Shown in pieces: positions 12,428-23,595 of a DNA stretch of 64,000 bases. The DNA comes from Lytechinus pictus (Eukaryota). A program made the position numbers and the translations under genes. The stretch covers positions 310,001 to 374,000 of the forward strand of contig NW_026974154.1 of the NCBI RefSeq assembly GCF_037042905.1. Direction: 5' to 3'. The notes beneath the pieces are model-generated. The model was not told the DNA's origin and searched no databases. It was given only the letters and a program-made list of their open reading frames with translations. The first letter of the stretch is position 1. Every line of letters starts with the position of its first letter.

Positions 12428-12447
12428 CGACAGTTCGCAACTGTTTT
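12428..12447 (+). promoter_or_regulatory. Non-canonical primer-binding-site region CGACAGTTCGCAACTGTTTT
   Basis: The only 20 nt between the LTR end and the gag ATG. No TGG. 12433-12446 is the reverse complement of the predicted LTR splice junction. Confidence 0.7.
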
Positions 12448-15400
12448 ATGGATCCCTCAAATAAACCAAATTCAGAAGCCCTTGCTGGAGTTGGACCTGG
12501 AGCTGGAGACGAGGATGATGTAAAGTCTACCACATCTCGGGGGAGCGCCATGTCCAGAGTGTCTTGTGTAAGCGATACATCAAGCGTGAAACTAAGAGCA
12601 GCGAGGGTGAAGGAGGAGCTGGTGAATAAGAAAAGGGAGCAGTTCTTACAGGAACAAAGACTAAGACGAGAACAGTTTAAATTACAACAGGAACAATTTG
12701 AACTGAATGAAAGAATAGAACTTCTCAAGATCGACCATGACAAGGAAAATGCCAAGGTTGAAGCCACCATGTGGCAAGAACAAGTAAATGAAGAAAGGGC
12801 AGAAGCAGGATTTCCGCCCTTACCTAAGAAGGACTTGGACAATGTACAAATTACAGAAAGTTGGTTCTCCACCCAGGGAGAATCAAATCATCAGGGTAAT
12901 GTACCAAATGTTCAAAAGGATAATGTATATGTTAAAGGTAATGAACATGTAAGTACTGGTGTAGTAGGTGAAGGTACTACAACAATTCATAAGCCGAGTA
13001 ATGAAGGAGTAGGGTTAAGCAGGGGATACAATGGTAATCACCAAGTTAATAGCCAAGCGCAAGAACAGAAACCCTTCATACCCAATCCATTTCAGACCCC
13101 AGTTAATAACATGTATAATCATAATATGATGGCAATGGCTCTAAGTTTGCCAAAGCCAGACATGCCAACTTTCTCAGGCAATCCGATTGATTATTGGAAT
13201 TTCGTGAATAGTTTTGAAGTTAATATTGCTGACAGAATTCATGACAGTAGGTTAAAATTGTCTTACTTAATTCAGTTTACCTCAGACAAGGCCAGAGAGG
13301 CCATAGAAAATTGTGTATTATTAGATCCCGATACAGGTTATTCCCGAGCTAGGATAATACTACAGGACCAGTTCGGACGGAACTACATAGTGGCTAGAGC
13401 TCACCTGGAGAAGGTCATCAATAGATCACCACTTAGGGCCACGGACAGCCAAGGTCTGTGGGATCTAGCCAGAGACATGAGGAGGTGTCAGATGACAACT
13501 TCTCAGATGGGGTACTCGGCTGATATGAGTACAACGGATACCCTACTGAAGATTCAACATCTTCTCCCAGTCCACATTCAATCCAAGTGGGCCAGCCGAG
13601 CACATTCACTGATGGAGCAATCAGTGATGCCCAACTTCTCCCATCTGACAGACTTCATCGAAGAGTCTGCTAAGGTGGCGAGTAATGTGTTCGGTAAGAG
13701 CGTAGGGCGTCCAGCCGTGCAAGACAAGAAGGCATCTGCGGGAAAGCCTAGGCCAAAGGTTTCGACCTTTAATACTACAACAAGCAAGTTTGAGAAACCT
13801 AAGGAATCGAGCTCATGCCCATGCTGCTCAGAGAAGCATGAGCTTGATAAGTGCCGCAAATTTAAAGGTCAGTCAGTAGATGAAAGGTTTGCCTTTGTCA
13901 AGTCTAAGGGGCTATGTTTCAATTGCCTCAAATGGTCGCACATGGCAAAGGGCTGTACAGCTAACCCTAAGTGCAGCAAGGATGGGTGCAAGAAAAGACA
14001 CCACACCCTTCTTCACATGGAGTGGTCCACCAAGGGCAAAGATAAAGGGCAAGAAACAGGTAAGCAAACTGGGGCCGGGCAAGGATCTGACTTAGATAAA
14101 CAGGCCGACACTAATGCTGTTGGTGGTCAGAAAGAGGTTTGTCTCCGAGTTTTACCTGTCAAGGTTAGAGGCAATCGCAGGGAGGTGACAACATGGGCTT
14201 TGCTGGACCATGGCAGCGATGTTTCCCTCTGCGAACAGCGTCTTGCAGATGACCTCGGCATCCAAGGTAAGGAGACAAACTTCCGACTGACCACGGTGAA
14301 CAACACTAATACCCAAAGGGGAGGACAGGAGGTTAGTTTCTCCATTCAAGGAATTAAGGACAGGGATGTAATTGATATGCCCAGGGTGTGGACGGTAGAA
14401 TCACTACCAACAACCCATAGAAGTATACCAAGGCAACAGGACGTAGATAGATGGTCCCATCTGAAGGGAATAGAGCTTCCAACAGCTCCCAAGAAGGATA
14501 TCACCTTGCTCATAGTGAGTGACACCCCAGAGGCCTTCTGGGTCCAGGAAGAAAGGAGGGGAAAGAAGAAAGAACCTTATGCTATCCGTTCTCCACTGGG
14601 ATGGACAGTCATGGGCCCCACTGGACGCAGAAGGAAAGGAGCATTTGAGGTGAACAACATCTCCTCAATGGATGACCATTTGCAAGAGCAAGTCCAGAGA
14701 TTCTGGAAACTGGACTATGCTCCTGGTGATGAGAGTGAAAGATTAGGTGACTCGGTAGAAGACAGGAAGGCTCGTGCCATGATGGAAGACACAATCCGTC
14801 TTATGGATGGCCATTATGAGATGGGTTTACCTTGGCGTCAATTCCCTCCGTCTCTACCAAACAACCACAAGATGGCAGAGTCACGTTTACGATCTCTAAA
14901 GAGAAGACTGGAGAAGGATGACAGCCTTCACCAGAAGTACACAGAAACTATGACAAATTATTTGTCGAAGGGGTTTGCAAGGGAGGTGGACGAGGACCCT
15001 CAAGAGGAGGGCTCTATCTGGTATCTACCTCACCACCCAGTGACTCATCCCTTCAAGCCGGAAAAGGTGCGTGTAGTATTTGACTGTGCTGCCAAATACC
15101 AAGGAATCTCCCTTAACAGCCAGTTATTGAGTGGACCGGATTACACAAATAAGCTTGTTGGTGTGCTTCTTCGCTTCAGACAAGAGGAGATAGCACTGGT
15201 GGCAGATGTGGAGGGTATGTTCCACCAAGTGAGGGTCACACCCGCCCACACTGATGCGCTCAGATTCTTGTGGTGGGAGAACGGCAACACGGACACGACG
15301 CCTAAGACGTACAAGATGCAAGTCCATCTGTTTGGAGCGACTTCGTCTCCAAGCTGTGCAGGCTTTGCACTCCAAAGGACTGAGGAAGACAACAGGCAGG

Positions 15401-18006
15401 ACTTTGAGCCAGAAGTTTGTCAGATAGTCAAGGACAATTTCTATGTCGATGACTGCCTGAAGTCTGTTCGCTCTACAGAGGAAGCGATAAGGCTCATTCC
15501 TCAGTTATGCAGCCTACTAAGAAAAGGAGGATTCAGACTAACAAAGTGGGTCAGCAATGACAAGGAAGTGTTGGAAACAGTCCCTCTTACAGAAAGGGCT
15601 GCATCGGTAGTTGATCTAGATTTGGATCATCTTCCAATAGAGAGAACACTTGGAGTCTTATGGAACATGGACTCTGACATGTTTAGCTTCAAGGTTTCTC
15701 CCAAGGACGTACCAGCAACAAGAAGGGGTATACTGTCCGCCACAAGCTCCTTGTATGATCCACTTGGATTTGTGGCACCTTTCACAGTAAATGCAAAGCT
15801 TCTTTTGCAGGATCTTTGCGCCCAAGGTCTTGGCTGGGACGAGAAGATCAAGGACCAGGACTTGCAACGCTGGCGAGCCTGGCTGGCTGAGTTACCAGAG
15901 TTAACCTCAGTACACATCCCCAGATGTTTCAAGCCATCTGACTTCAAGGACCCTGTCTATGATCTCCATGTGTTCTGTGATGCGTCAGAAAGAGCATATG
16001 CAGCATGTGCCTATCTACGGATAGAGGATTCTGGTCGCACCCACAGTGCACTTGTGATGGGGAAGACAAGACTTTGTCCTCTGAAGAAGATGACAATTCC
16101 CAGATTGGAGCTGTCAGCAGCAGTACTAGCGGTAAAGCTGGGTCGAACCATCATGGAAGAACTCAGGCTACCAGTGAGGAGCGTCACATACTGGACTGAC
16201 TCTACCTCAGTGCTGCTGTACATAAGGAATACCAGTAGGAGATTCCGTACATTTGTGGCAAACAGAGTAGCTGTCATTCAAGAAAAGAGTGACACTTCAC
16301 AGTGGCGCTACGTTGATACCAAGAGCAATCCAGCAGATGATGGCTCAAGAGGATTGCATGCAGGACAGCTATCAAGATGGATCCAAGGACCAAACTTCCT
16401 TCTGAAGCAAGAAGAAGACTGGCCGGAAGCATTCCTAACTCCGACTGACCAGAGAGTATTGCCCGCTCAGGACCTCAAGGATGATCCTGAGATGAAGAGG
16501 ACTAATGCCATATCAATCAAGCCTCAAGACAGCATTAGTAATCTGATCAGTCGCTATTCATCCTGGAATAGATTAAAGAGAGGAGTAGCTTGGATCCTTC
16601 GCTTCAAGGCACACTTGATAGCCCGCACAAAGAAAGGTACATCTCAGAAGACTACAGATTTGACACCCTCCGAGTTGTCGGAAGCTGAGCTGGAAATAGT
16701 GAAGTACATTCAGAAGGATGCCTTTCCAGCTGAGTTTGAGAAGAACAAGAAGTCAAGGGTTGAACAGTCCTCCATGAAGAAATTGAACCCTACCCTAGTT
16801 GATGATGTCCTTAGGGTAGGAGGGAGATTGGACAGATCACCTATTGACTTTGATGCCAAACACCCCATGATATTGCCAAGCAACCATCATGTGACCAGAC
16901 TGCTCATTGAGCACCACCATCATGAAGTTGGTCACTCTGGTGCAGGCATGACATGGACGGCACTAAGGTCGAAATATTGGATCCTGAAGGGGGGTTCCAC
17001 TGTTCGACGGATCATAGGGAAATGCATTCAATGTAGGAAGAGGAATGCACCAAGAGGAAGGCAAATGATGGCTGACTTGCCGAAAGAAAGAGTGACACCT
17101 GGCAGGCCGCCATTTACCTTCACCGGAGTCGACTACTTCGGGCCATTCAGTGTTAAGCAAGGACGGAGCCAGCCAAAGAGGTATGGCTGTATATTCACTT
17201 GTTTGACAACTAGGGCTGTACATCTGGAGATAGCCAACTCCTTGGATACAGATTCATTCATTAACGCTCTTAGAAGATTTGTAAATCGCAGGGGGCTACC
17301 TGAGAAAATCTTTAGCGACAATGGCACAAACTTCAGAGCAGGACATAAAGAACTAAAGCAGAGCCTAGCAGAGCTCAACTCAACAAAGGTGGGTCGCTTT
17401 CTAACTCAGCGAGGGATTGAATGGGCGTTTAATCCTCCGGGTGCAAGCCACATGGGTGGTGTTTGGGAAAGAGTAATCCGGTCAGTTAGGAAGATATTGG
17501 GAAATCTTCTCAAGCTTCAGACTGTAACCGACGAAACTCTAAGCACACTCATGTCTGAAGTAGAAGCAATCCTAAATGCTAGACCATTGACACCCTTAAG
17601 CGCGGATCCTAAAGACGAGGAACCGCTAACTCCAAACCATCTTCTTCTCATGAGAAGAAATCAGTCACTTTCACCAGGGGTATTTGATAAGAGTGACTGC
17701 TATACTCGAAGAAGATGGAGACAAACCCAATATCTGGCCGGACAGTTCTGGAGGCGTTGGACAAAGGAATACCTTCCCTTGCTCCAAGAACGCCAAAGGT
17801 GGCTTAAACCACAAAGAAACTTCCAGACTGATGACCTTGTACTCATAGCTGATGACACTGCTCCTCGTGGGCACTGGCCACTAGGTAGAGTGACTATGAC
17901 CTACCCAGACAGACACGGACTAGTTAGACAAGTTGAAGTTAGGGTAGGATCTAAATACTATAAACGACCAATTTCTAAATTATGTCTTTTAGAGAGCAAC
18001 GATTAG
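12448..18006 (+). CDS. BEL/Pao gag-pol polyprotein (1852 aa), no env
   Basis: Gag with three Cys/His knuckles (CPCCSEKHELDKC, CFNCLKWSHMAKGC, CSKDGCKKRHHTLLH); protease ALLDHGS; RT KVRVVFDCAA, ADVEGMFHQV, FYVDD; RNase H FCDAS, RLELSAA, WTDST, NPAD; integrase HH-CC, GVDYFGP, SDNGTNF, GGVWE. Confidence 0.97.
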   Translation: MDPSNKPNSEALAGVGPGAGDEDDVKSTTSRGSAMSRVSCVSDTSSVKLRAARVKEELVNKKREQFLQEQRLRREQFKLQQEQFELNERIELLKIDHDKENAKVEATMWQEQVNEERAEAGFPPLPKKDLDNVQITESWFSTQGESNHQGNVPNVQKDNVYVKGNEHVSTGVVGEGTTTIHKPSNEGVGLSRGYNGNHQVNSQAQEQKPFIPNPFQTPVNNMYNHNMMAMALSLPKPDMPTFSGNPIDYWNFVNSFEVNIADRIHDSRLKLSYLIQFTSDKAREAIENCVLLDPDTGYSRARIILQDQFGRNYIVARAHLEKVINRSPLRATDSQGLWDLARDMRRCQMTTSQMGYSADMSTTDTLLKIQHLLPVHIQSKWASRAHSLMEQSVMPNFSHLTDFIEESAKVASNVFGKSVGRPAVQDKKASAGKPRPKVSTFNTTTSKFEKPKESSSCPCCSEKHELDKCRKFKGQSVDERFAFVKSKGLCFNCLKWSHMAKGCTANPKCSKDGCKKRHHTLLHMEWSTKGKDKGQETGKQTGAGQGSDLDKQADTNAVGGQKEVCLRVLPVKVRGNRREVTTWALLDHGSDVSLCEQRLADDLGIQGKETNFRLTTVNNTNTQRGGQEVSFSIQGIKDRDVIDMPRVWTVESLPTTHRSIPRQQDVDRWSHLKGIELPTAPKKDITLLIVSDTPEAFWVQEERRGKKKEPYAIRSPLGWTVMGPTGRRRKGAFEVNNISSMDDHLQEQVQRFWKLDYAPGDESERLGDSVEDRKARAMMEDTIRLMDGHYEMGLPWRQFPPSLPNNHKMAESRLRSLKRRLEKDDSLHQKYTETMTNYLSKGFAREVDEDPQEEGSIWYLPHHPVTHPFKPEKVRVVFDCAAKYQGISLNSQLLSGPDYTNKLVGVLLRFRQEEIALVADVEGMFHQVRVTPAHTDALRFLWWENGNTDTTPKTYKMQVHLFGATSSPSCAGFALQRTEEDNRQDFEPEVCQIVKDNFYVDDCLKSVRSTEEAIRLIPQLCSLLRKGGFRLTKWVSNDKEVLETVPLTERAASVVDLDLDHLPIERTLGVLWNMDSDMFSFKVSPKDVPATRRGILSATSSLYDPLGFVAPFTVNAKLLLQDLCAQGLGWDEKIKDQDLQRWRAWLAELPELTSVHIPRCFKPSDFKDPVYDLHVFCDASERAYAACAYLRIEDSGRTHSALVMGKTRLCPLKKMTIPRLELSAAVLAVKLGRTIMEELRLPVRSVTYWTDSTSVLLYIRNTSRRFRTFVANRVAVIQEKSDTSQWRYVDTKSNPADDGSRGLHAGQLSRWIQGPNFLLKQEEDWPEAFLTPTDQRVLPAQDLKDDPEMKRTNAISIKPQDSISNLISRYSSWNRLKRGVAWILRFKAHLIARTKKGTSQKTTDLTPSELSEAELEIVKYIQKDAFPAEFEKNKKSRVEQSSMKKLNPTLVDDVLRVGGRLDRSPIDFDAKHPMILPSNHHVTRLLIEHHHHEVGHSGAGMTWTALRSKYWILKGGSTVRRIIGKCIQCRKRNAPRGRQMMADLPKERVTPGRPPFTFTGVDYFGPFSVKQGRSQPKRYGCIFTCLTTRAVHLEIANSLDTDSFINALRRFVNRRGLPEKIFSDNGTNFRAGHKELKQSLAELNSTKVGRFLTQRGIEWAFNPPGASHMGGVWERVIRSVRKILGNLLKLQTVTDETLSTLMSEVEAILNARPLTPLSADPKDEEPLTPNHLLLMRRNQSLSPGVFDKSDCYTRRRWRQTQYLAGQFWRRWTKEYLPLLQERQRWLKPQRNFQTDDLVLIADDTAPRGHWPLGRVTMTYPDRHGLVRQVEVRVGSKYYKRPISKLCLLESND

Positions 18007-18228
18007 GCTACTTTGACATATGACCGACATAAGACTTGTAGGGACCACACCCTCTTTATTATTGTTACATTAATGATTGTTGTAAGATTGATTTGATGTA
18101 TTCTTAATCTCATTGTTATTTTCATTACTATGTTTATGTTTATATCGTTAAGTATGGTATATTGGTTAATGATGCCGCTTTACATGTTTACGGTTTAATG
18201 AAATGAGTAACTGGTGGTTGCCTCATTT

Positions 18229-18239
18229 GGGGCCGGGTA
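18229..18239 (+). promoter_or_regulatory. Polypurine tract GGGGCCGGGTA
   Basis: G-rich tract abutting the 3' LTR start. Confidence 0.75.
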
Positions 18240-19829
18240 TGTAGCGGCATGAATATAATTTGGTATATTTGCCATTATTATGTACTGTTTACATGTATGT
18301 ATCTTGTATACAGAGTTAGTGGAAAAAGAAAGTAAAAAATGTCAATGCAAGATTGTACACAGCGCATTGCTTATTGTGCTCCTTGATTCCAAGAAGTCCA
18401 GGAGAAGATGAGTCATGTGGGTGAAGCATCACCCAAACTATAGAACAAAGAAAGTAAGATTCAGAAGTTGCAAAGATTCAGAAGAAGAGAGTCAAGAAAT
18501 TATATTTATTCCTGTAAATTGTGAAATTCCCCAGGATTGCAAACAGTTGGTAAGTTTAAATTGCATTATTATCAAAGTTTATATATGTGCTGTCAATTAT
18601 ACCATAATACTGGGTTTAATAAGTCATTCACATTTATGTAATTTTGGCTCAAATTTGAGTGATGGAATTTGGCATTTTGCTCTCTATCGAGCATTACTTC
18701 ATAATGTATACTTGTACACACAGACCGATAGAAAGTGATTGGTGTTCAGTCAGATTTAATTATTATTAATATGTTATAAAGATCAGTATGCTTCGTATTA
18801 TTGTGTGCTATTATGTTCACATGAACTTATTCTTTGATTATACAAGAAGATTATATTGCATTTATTTTTCTGAGAGTGATATATAATGCGCACTTCATTT
18901 AGTTGTAAGTAGTCAACTGGTGTTATATATTGTGTAGGGTGGTAGGGTCTCCTAGCTTAGGCATGAGATCATTGGGTTATTACTCTATTACTATATTATG
19001 TTATTATAAACATATCTAAGTACTGTTTGGTTTAGTTTAGGAATCACATATATTATGATTCATCATGGTTTATTAGTATTTAACCAGTTATTAGTAAGTG
19101 TTTGTTATATATTTTCTGTTTGCCTATATTAATTTCAGTATTATTTGCTTTAAGATAATAAGGGTATTAAAGGGATGAAGATGTTTATTAACTATAATTA
19201 CAATTATTAGGCCAACAAGATAATGAGTTTATATTGCACATATTCAGATTTAATCTGATATTGATTACAGTTATTGATTACCAATTTATTATTGTTTACC
19301 AAACAATTATTCAACTCAAATAATATGATCAATTATTGAGGTTTCCTTTAATCACGTTAATATCCTTGACCGTTGTATATTGCATCAGTATCATTGAGAC
19401 TTATTCCCTGTGGGTATATAAGAAGTTATTTACAAGTTATTCAGTCATGTTTGAATTATGTTACTGTTGGTAAATGAATATTAACACTGTGTTTATATGT
19501 TTATTTGTTTATTCAGCGAACCGCTCAATTACCGCTCAATTACCGCTCAATCGCTCAAACGCTTATGCAATTGTTGACGTACTGGTTGTTGACAGTTGAT
19601 GCTGGTTAAAGGTTTCTTCGCTGGTCGTTGGTTATGTCGACCTAGAAACTTCATTACAAGGCCGTATTTGATGTCAAGTTGTTGATTTATGTGTCGTCAT
19701 TATTACGGAAGAAGTTGAAGAAGGAATAAACAGACAAGTAACTGTAAAGCCGCTGTTTGAGTCTTCAATTAGCGTGTTCGAACTAAGCAATTAAGAATTT
19801 CCACGTGTAGTTTAAGAAAGGCAGCTACA
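18240..19829 (+). repeat. 3' LTR (1590 bp)
   Basis: Same as the 5' LTR except one fewer 11-bp ACCGCTCAATT unit and one C/T difference noticed (11592 vs 19005). Confidence 0.97.
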
Positions 19830-19860
19830 CACGGTCTGGCGTCCTTTGGCTAGGCGTTAA

Positions 19861-20621
19861 CCCTAAAAAGACTGGGGGGGGGGGGCTGATTCAGCCCCCC
19901 CCCCCCTCGACATTTTTTGTAAATAAATCCGCCGCGCAAATTTTTTTAACCGCGTCACTCACTGACTTTTTACTCTCAAGTCTCGCACAACTTTTGAGAC
20001 CAAAATTGTGACCCCCGGGTACGCGGTTCCGAAATTACACAACATTTCGTAAGTGCATGCAGACCCAAAATTACTCAAAAACGTGAATTTATGTACAAAT
20101 CCAGTGCAAATGGTGTTTTTAGCCAAAATTCATTAATGTATCATTATTTTTCCTTTTACTGCTTAAAATCAATTAATTTTATCTTTTTTATGGTCAAAAT
20201 AAAGGCCCTGACGATTTCCATTGAAAAAACAATAAAAAACAAAAAGTCGAAAAACAAATACATAAGAAATTTAGAAAACAATAGAATACATAAGAAAATA
20301 AATGTGATGTTTAAATTTTTGAAAAATAAATTTGATCAGATGCCTATATAGAGTATGTGAAACCAAAATTAGCATTTTAGAGGCATTATTTTATTAATTA
20401 GAGCAAACTTATGATTTTACGCATAAACTTAGCATAATTAATGAGCAATGAGATTTTTCGCAAAATTTGATATTATAGTTTTGTAGATAATGCCATGGGT
20501 AACGCGCGTGCCAATTTTCGTCGCGATCGCGCGATCGACGGCCGAGATCATAAGGGGGGGCTGAATCAGCCCCCCCCCCCCCAGTCTTCTTAGGTGTCGA
20601 AATAGCCCCGTCTATTTTGGG
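19861..20621. mobile_element. piggyBac-like non-autonomous element
   Basis: TTAA|CCCTAAAAAGAC ... GTCTATTTTGGG|TTAA, with subterminal GGGGGCTGA(T/A)TCAGCCCCC palindromes at both ends. Confidence 0.8.
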
Positions 20622-21703
20622 TTAATCCACACTGCCATTCTCGACCCAAGTGCTAAAAGGGTACCCGGTAGGATGCGAAGGTCATTGTAGCTTGTCCAGT
20701 AATGTGTGTACCTCACCGGCGACTGACTGGAATACTCCCCAGGGAGTGGATGATGTGCTCACATTGTGTTAGGGAATAACTGATTGAATCCGATGCCCGG
20801 GGTAATAATATATCTGTAAAGCGCGTAGACACGTCGTTCAGATGTATTTAGCGCTATCTAAATTCGGATTATTATCATTATTATAGATAGAATAAAAGCA
20901 GAAGGGTTGACAACAATTGATACAGATGGTAAGGAGGAGGAAGAGAAAGGAGAAATGGAAAGAGGGCATGAGAGAGAAATATTGATGGGAAGGTATGAAC
21001 AGACAGACAATAAATAGGCGTGACGAAGGAGGGGGGAGTTAAAAAAAATGGGGAGAAAAGACTGAACAAGAGGGGGGAAGGGGCGGGGAAATGTGGATAA
21101 AGTGATAATGATCAGATCAGAAAGAAATGGAGTGAGAAAGGATATAAAGAGAAGGAGAGGACGGTTTAAGATGAGGGAGAAAAATGCCGGATATATAATA
21201 GATAATGTACGTACGTAGGAGTGATGTGGGTGACAGACTCCAGACTGAAAGAGAAGGAGAGGGGAGGGGGCGTTCTTGCTCTCTTTATCCCTCATTATCT
21301 CCTGAGCTCTGTCATTTATGTTGATGGCTTATTTTTCGGCTATTCCCTCACCCACATCATGTATTGCCTTTCATTGAATCATGTTAAGTCATGACGAAGA
21401 AACACTTGTGATCAGTTAAAATGGTAAATAAAGGTTGGCACGATGTCTCATGACGCTTTCTGAACATACAATCTCTGAATTATGCGAGTGGGGCAATAAC
21501 AGAATGTCTAAAGTCTAAAAATCGAGAAAAAAACCCCCATATATTCTATGTACGGGTTGCTGATTGGCTGATAGACCTACGTGATCTCATAAGTAATAAA
21601 CTTGCATTTCCGTTTATTATTCGCTCGATATCAGAGTATATATATATATATATATATAAAAATCGTTTTGAACATGAAGTCACTCCTGACTCCTGGCTCC
21701 TTA

Positions 21704-21829
21704 CACCTCGGTCACATTTGCCCTACGGTGGCCGTACGGCGAGTCGAAACACAGCCGTTTTAACATTTTTTTTTAAATACCAGATACGGGCTACATAACG
21801 GCCGCCGTAGACCAAATATGACCGATGAA
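21704..21829. mobile_element. Small MITE, PIF/Harbinger-like (TTA flanks)
   Basis: TCGGTCACATTTGCCCTACGG ... CCGTAGACCAAATATGACCGA imperfect inverted ends, TTA on both sides. Confidence 0.5.
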
Positions 21830-23595
21830 TTACCAAGATTTTAGATGATCCACTTTTATAAAGCGATCACGTGGTATGGTCTGAATAGAAGAGAACATAA
21901 TATAACAGGACTTTGAACGCAAAATATCAATAATTGAAATCCCCAATGACGGTGCAAGCTTATGCTACGTACACTCACATTGACAAATAACTGCTTCAGA
22001 CCGATTAAAGTTAATGCACTGTATCTAATGGCCTACCATTGATCGAATTGGAGTCGGTTTTCAAAGTATGACTGGGTACATCCGGAACTTACTTTACTAC
22101 ACACTTGATATAAAATGATATTCATCATCGGAGACATCGTTTCCTGTCTATAACTTGTTAAGGTGCGGTTGGAATACTACATCATGTCGTCCGGTACGAT
22201 CTTATATATTCGGTGATTTCAAGTTCAGTGTTGACCTCTCGGTATAGATGTTAGGTCAGAGTATAACACCATACATAAAGTGACCCACTATGTGTTAAGT
22301 TGGCAATGTTGTGATCTGAATTATTTGTTTTAACTCAGAATGTTTTGTTCTTGGTGCTAATTAGAGACGTAATCCCGGCAAAATGTGGCTTCAACACCAA
22401 CGCCGAACTTGAATCAACCATGGATAGATTTATAAAATGTGACTTGAGTTAAAATCATTACCATCCGTCAAACTTAACAGCCTGCATATGTGCAACACGT
22501 TTTATTTTTTCTCGTAATCTCTCTTGATTATGGACTGTTGGTGTTGGTTTATTTGAGCTTCAAGCATCTGGAATTAATTATTAATCAGAATGATAATGAG
22601 GAGCGTCATTGTTTTCCCTTTTTTTCATTCAACTACTTCCCTAAACTTGCCTCATGAGGAGATCCACCACGGCACTAAGTTTATTCCAAAACTGTACAGT
22701 TAACAGACAAACTTGAATATGTTTGCATAAGAACTGTGCAAAGTAATGTTTTTTCTACAATTTTAAAATTTCATATGCCAGCGGCTAACCATACCCCTGA
22801 GCAATATCAGGCGACGATATTAAAATTCTAACGATTCCCATTTTGTTAAATAATTACCGGGATAATTACAGGCTAAATTATTTTTGTGTTTGGTATTCCA
22901 TATACTACAAACTTTTAGTTTTCTATAAATGGGCCATTTGTACACCGCTTTCAATATATTGTTTTCTCCATTGAAATGGTAAAAGCAAAACAACTCTTTA
23001 GTTAGTACAGTGGCGTAAAGAGTAAACAGTTTTCAGGGAGCAGAGTCTGTTTCTGATATGGTAACTCCCGTAGGAACCCGGTGGAACGGCCTTTTAATTG
23101 CTGGTATACTCAATAACGCCAAGCTAGCATAGGAACATTTTCTCTTTTTTCGAAGTTAATAAGGCATTATGGCCGAGGTTAAAGACAAAAGTCTCTGTTG
23201 CTAAGTAGTGCAGCCTACGTCCATCCATGGAGCTATTAACTGAGAATATATGTTAATAGCTCTATGCCCATCTCAGAACCTTTCCCGGTCACAAATGATG
23301 TGAAACAAGGCCGTGTCAAACCACGACTCAAACCATTTTATCTCATAGATCCATCACTACAGAAGCAGGGGCTTGATTTGAATGGATTTTCATCTCTATT
23401 GACACAGACAAAAGAATCATGTTTAATTAGTTCTGTATTGACCCTTCATGACCATTTCTTTAGTTTTGCAGCTTTTCAATTCAGACCTCATCTAACACTT
23501 TTGAATCCTGCTCTGGTACAAATAAGTTGCATTTTTGCATAAGAATAAGTCTTATGCAGAAAGTCCAAACTAGTGTTAATTGACCCATTATTCAG

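Larger units (their letters stand above)
10827..19829 (+). mobile_element. Full-length, intact BEL/Pao LTR retrotransposon
   Basis: TGTAG...CTACA LTRs, 5-bp TSD CACGG (10822-10826, 19830-19834), and a single uninterrupted gag-pol ORF in PR-RT-RH-IN order with BEL/Pao motifs. Confidence 0.98.
10757..20885 (+). mobile_element. tRNA-derived SINE split into three pieces (10757-10826, 19835-19860, 20626-20885) by the BEL element and a piggyBac-like MITE
   Basis: Degenerate A box (TGATGTACTGG) and B box (GTTTGAATCC) head. The body resumes after each TSD and ends in an AAAGCGC...AGCGCTAT...(ATT)n LINE-like tail. Confidence 0.65.

Noticed and set aside
12423-17874. Short antisense and alternate-frame ORFs over the BEL polyprotein (likewise over the LINE ORFs)
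   Set aside because: Shadows of long coding regions with no independent motifs.
21421-21430. ATG|GTAAAT as the start exon of dispanin copy 2
   Set aside because: Phase 0, whereas exon 23596 needs phase 1; the phase-1 reading has an immediately upstream TAA.
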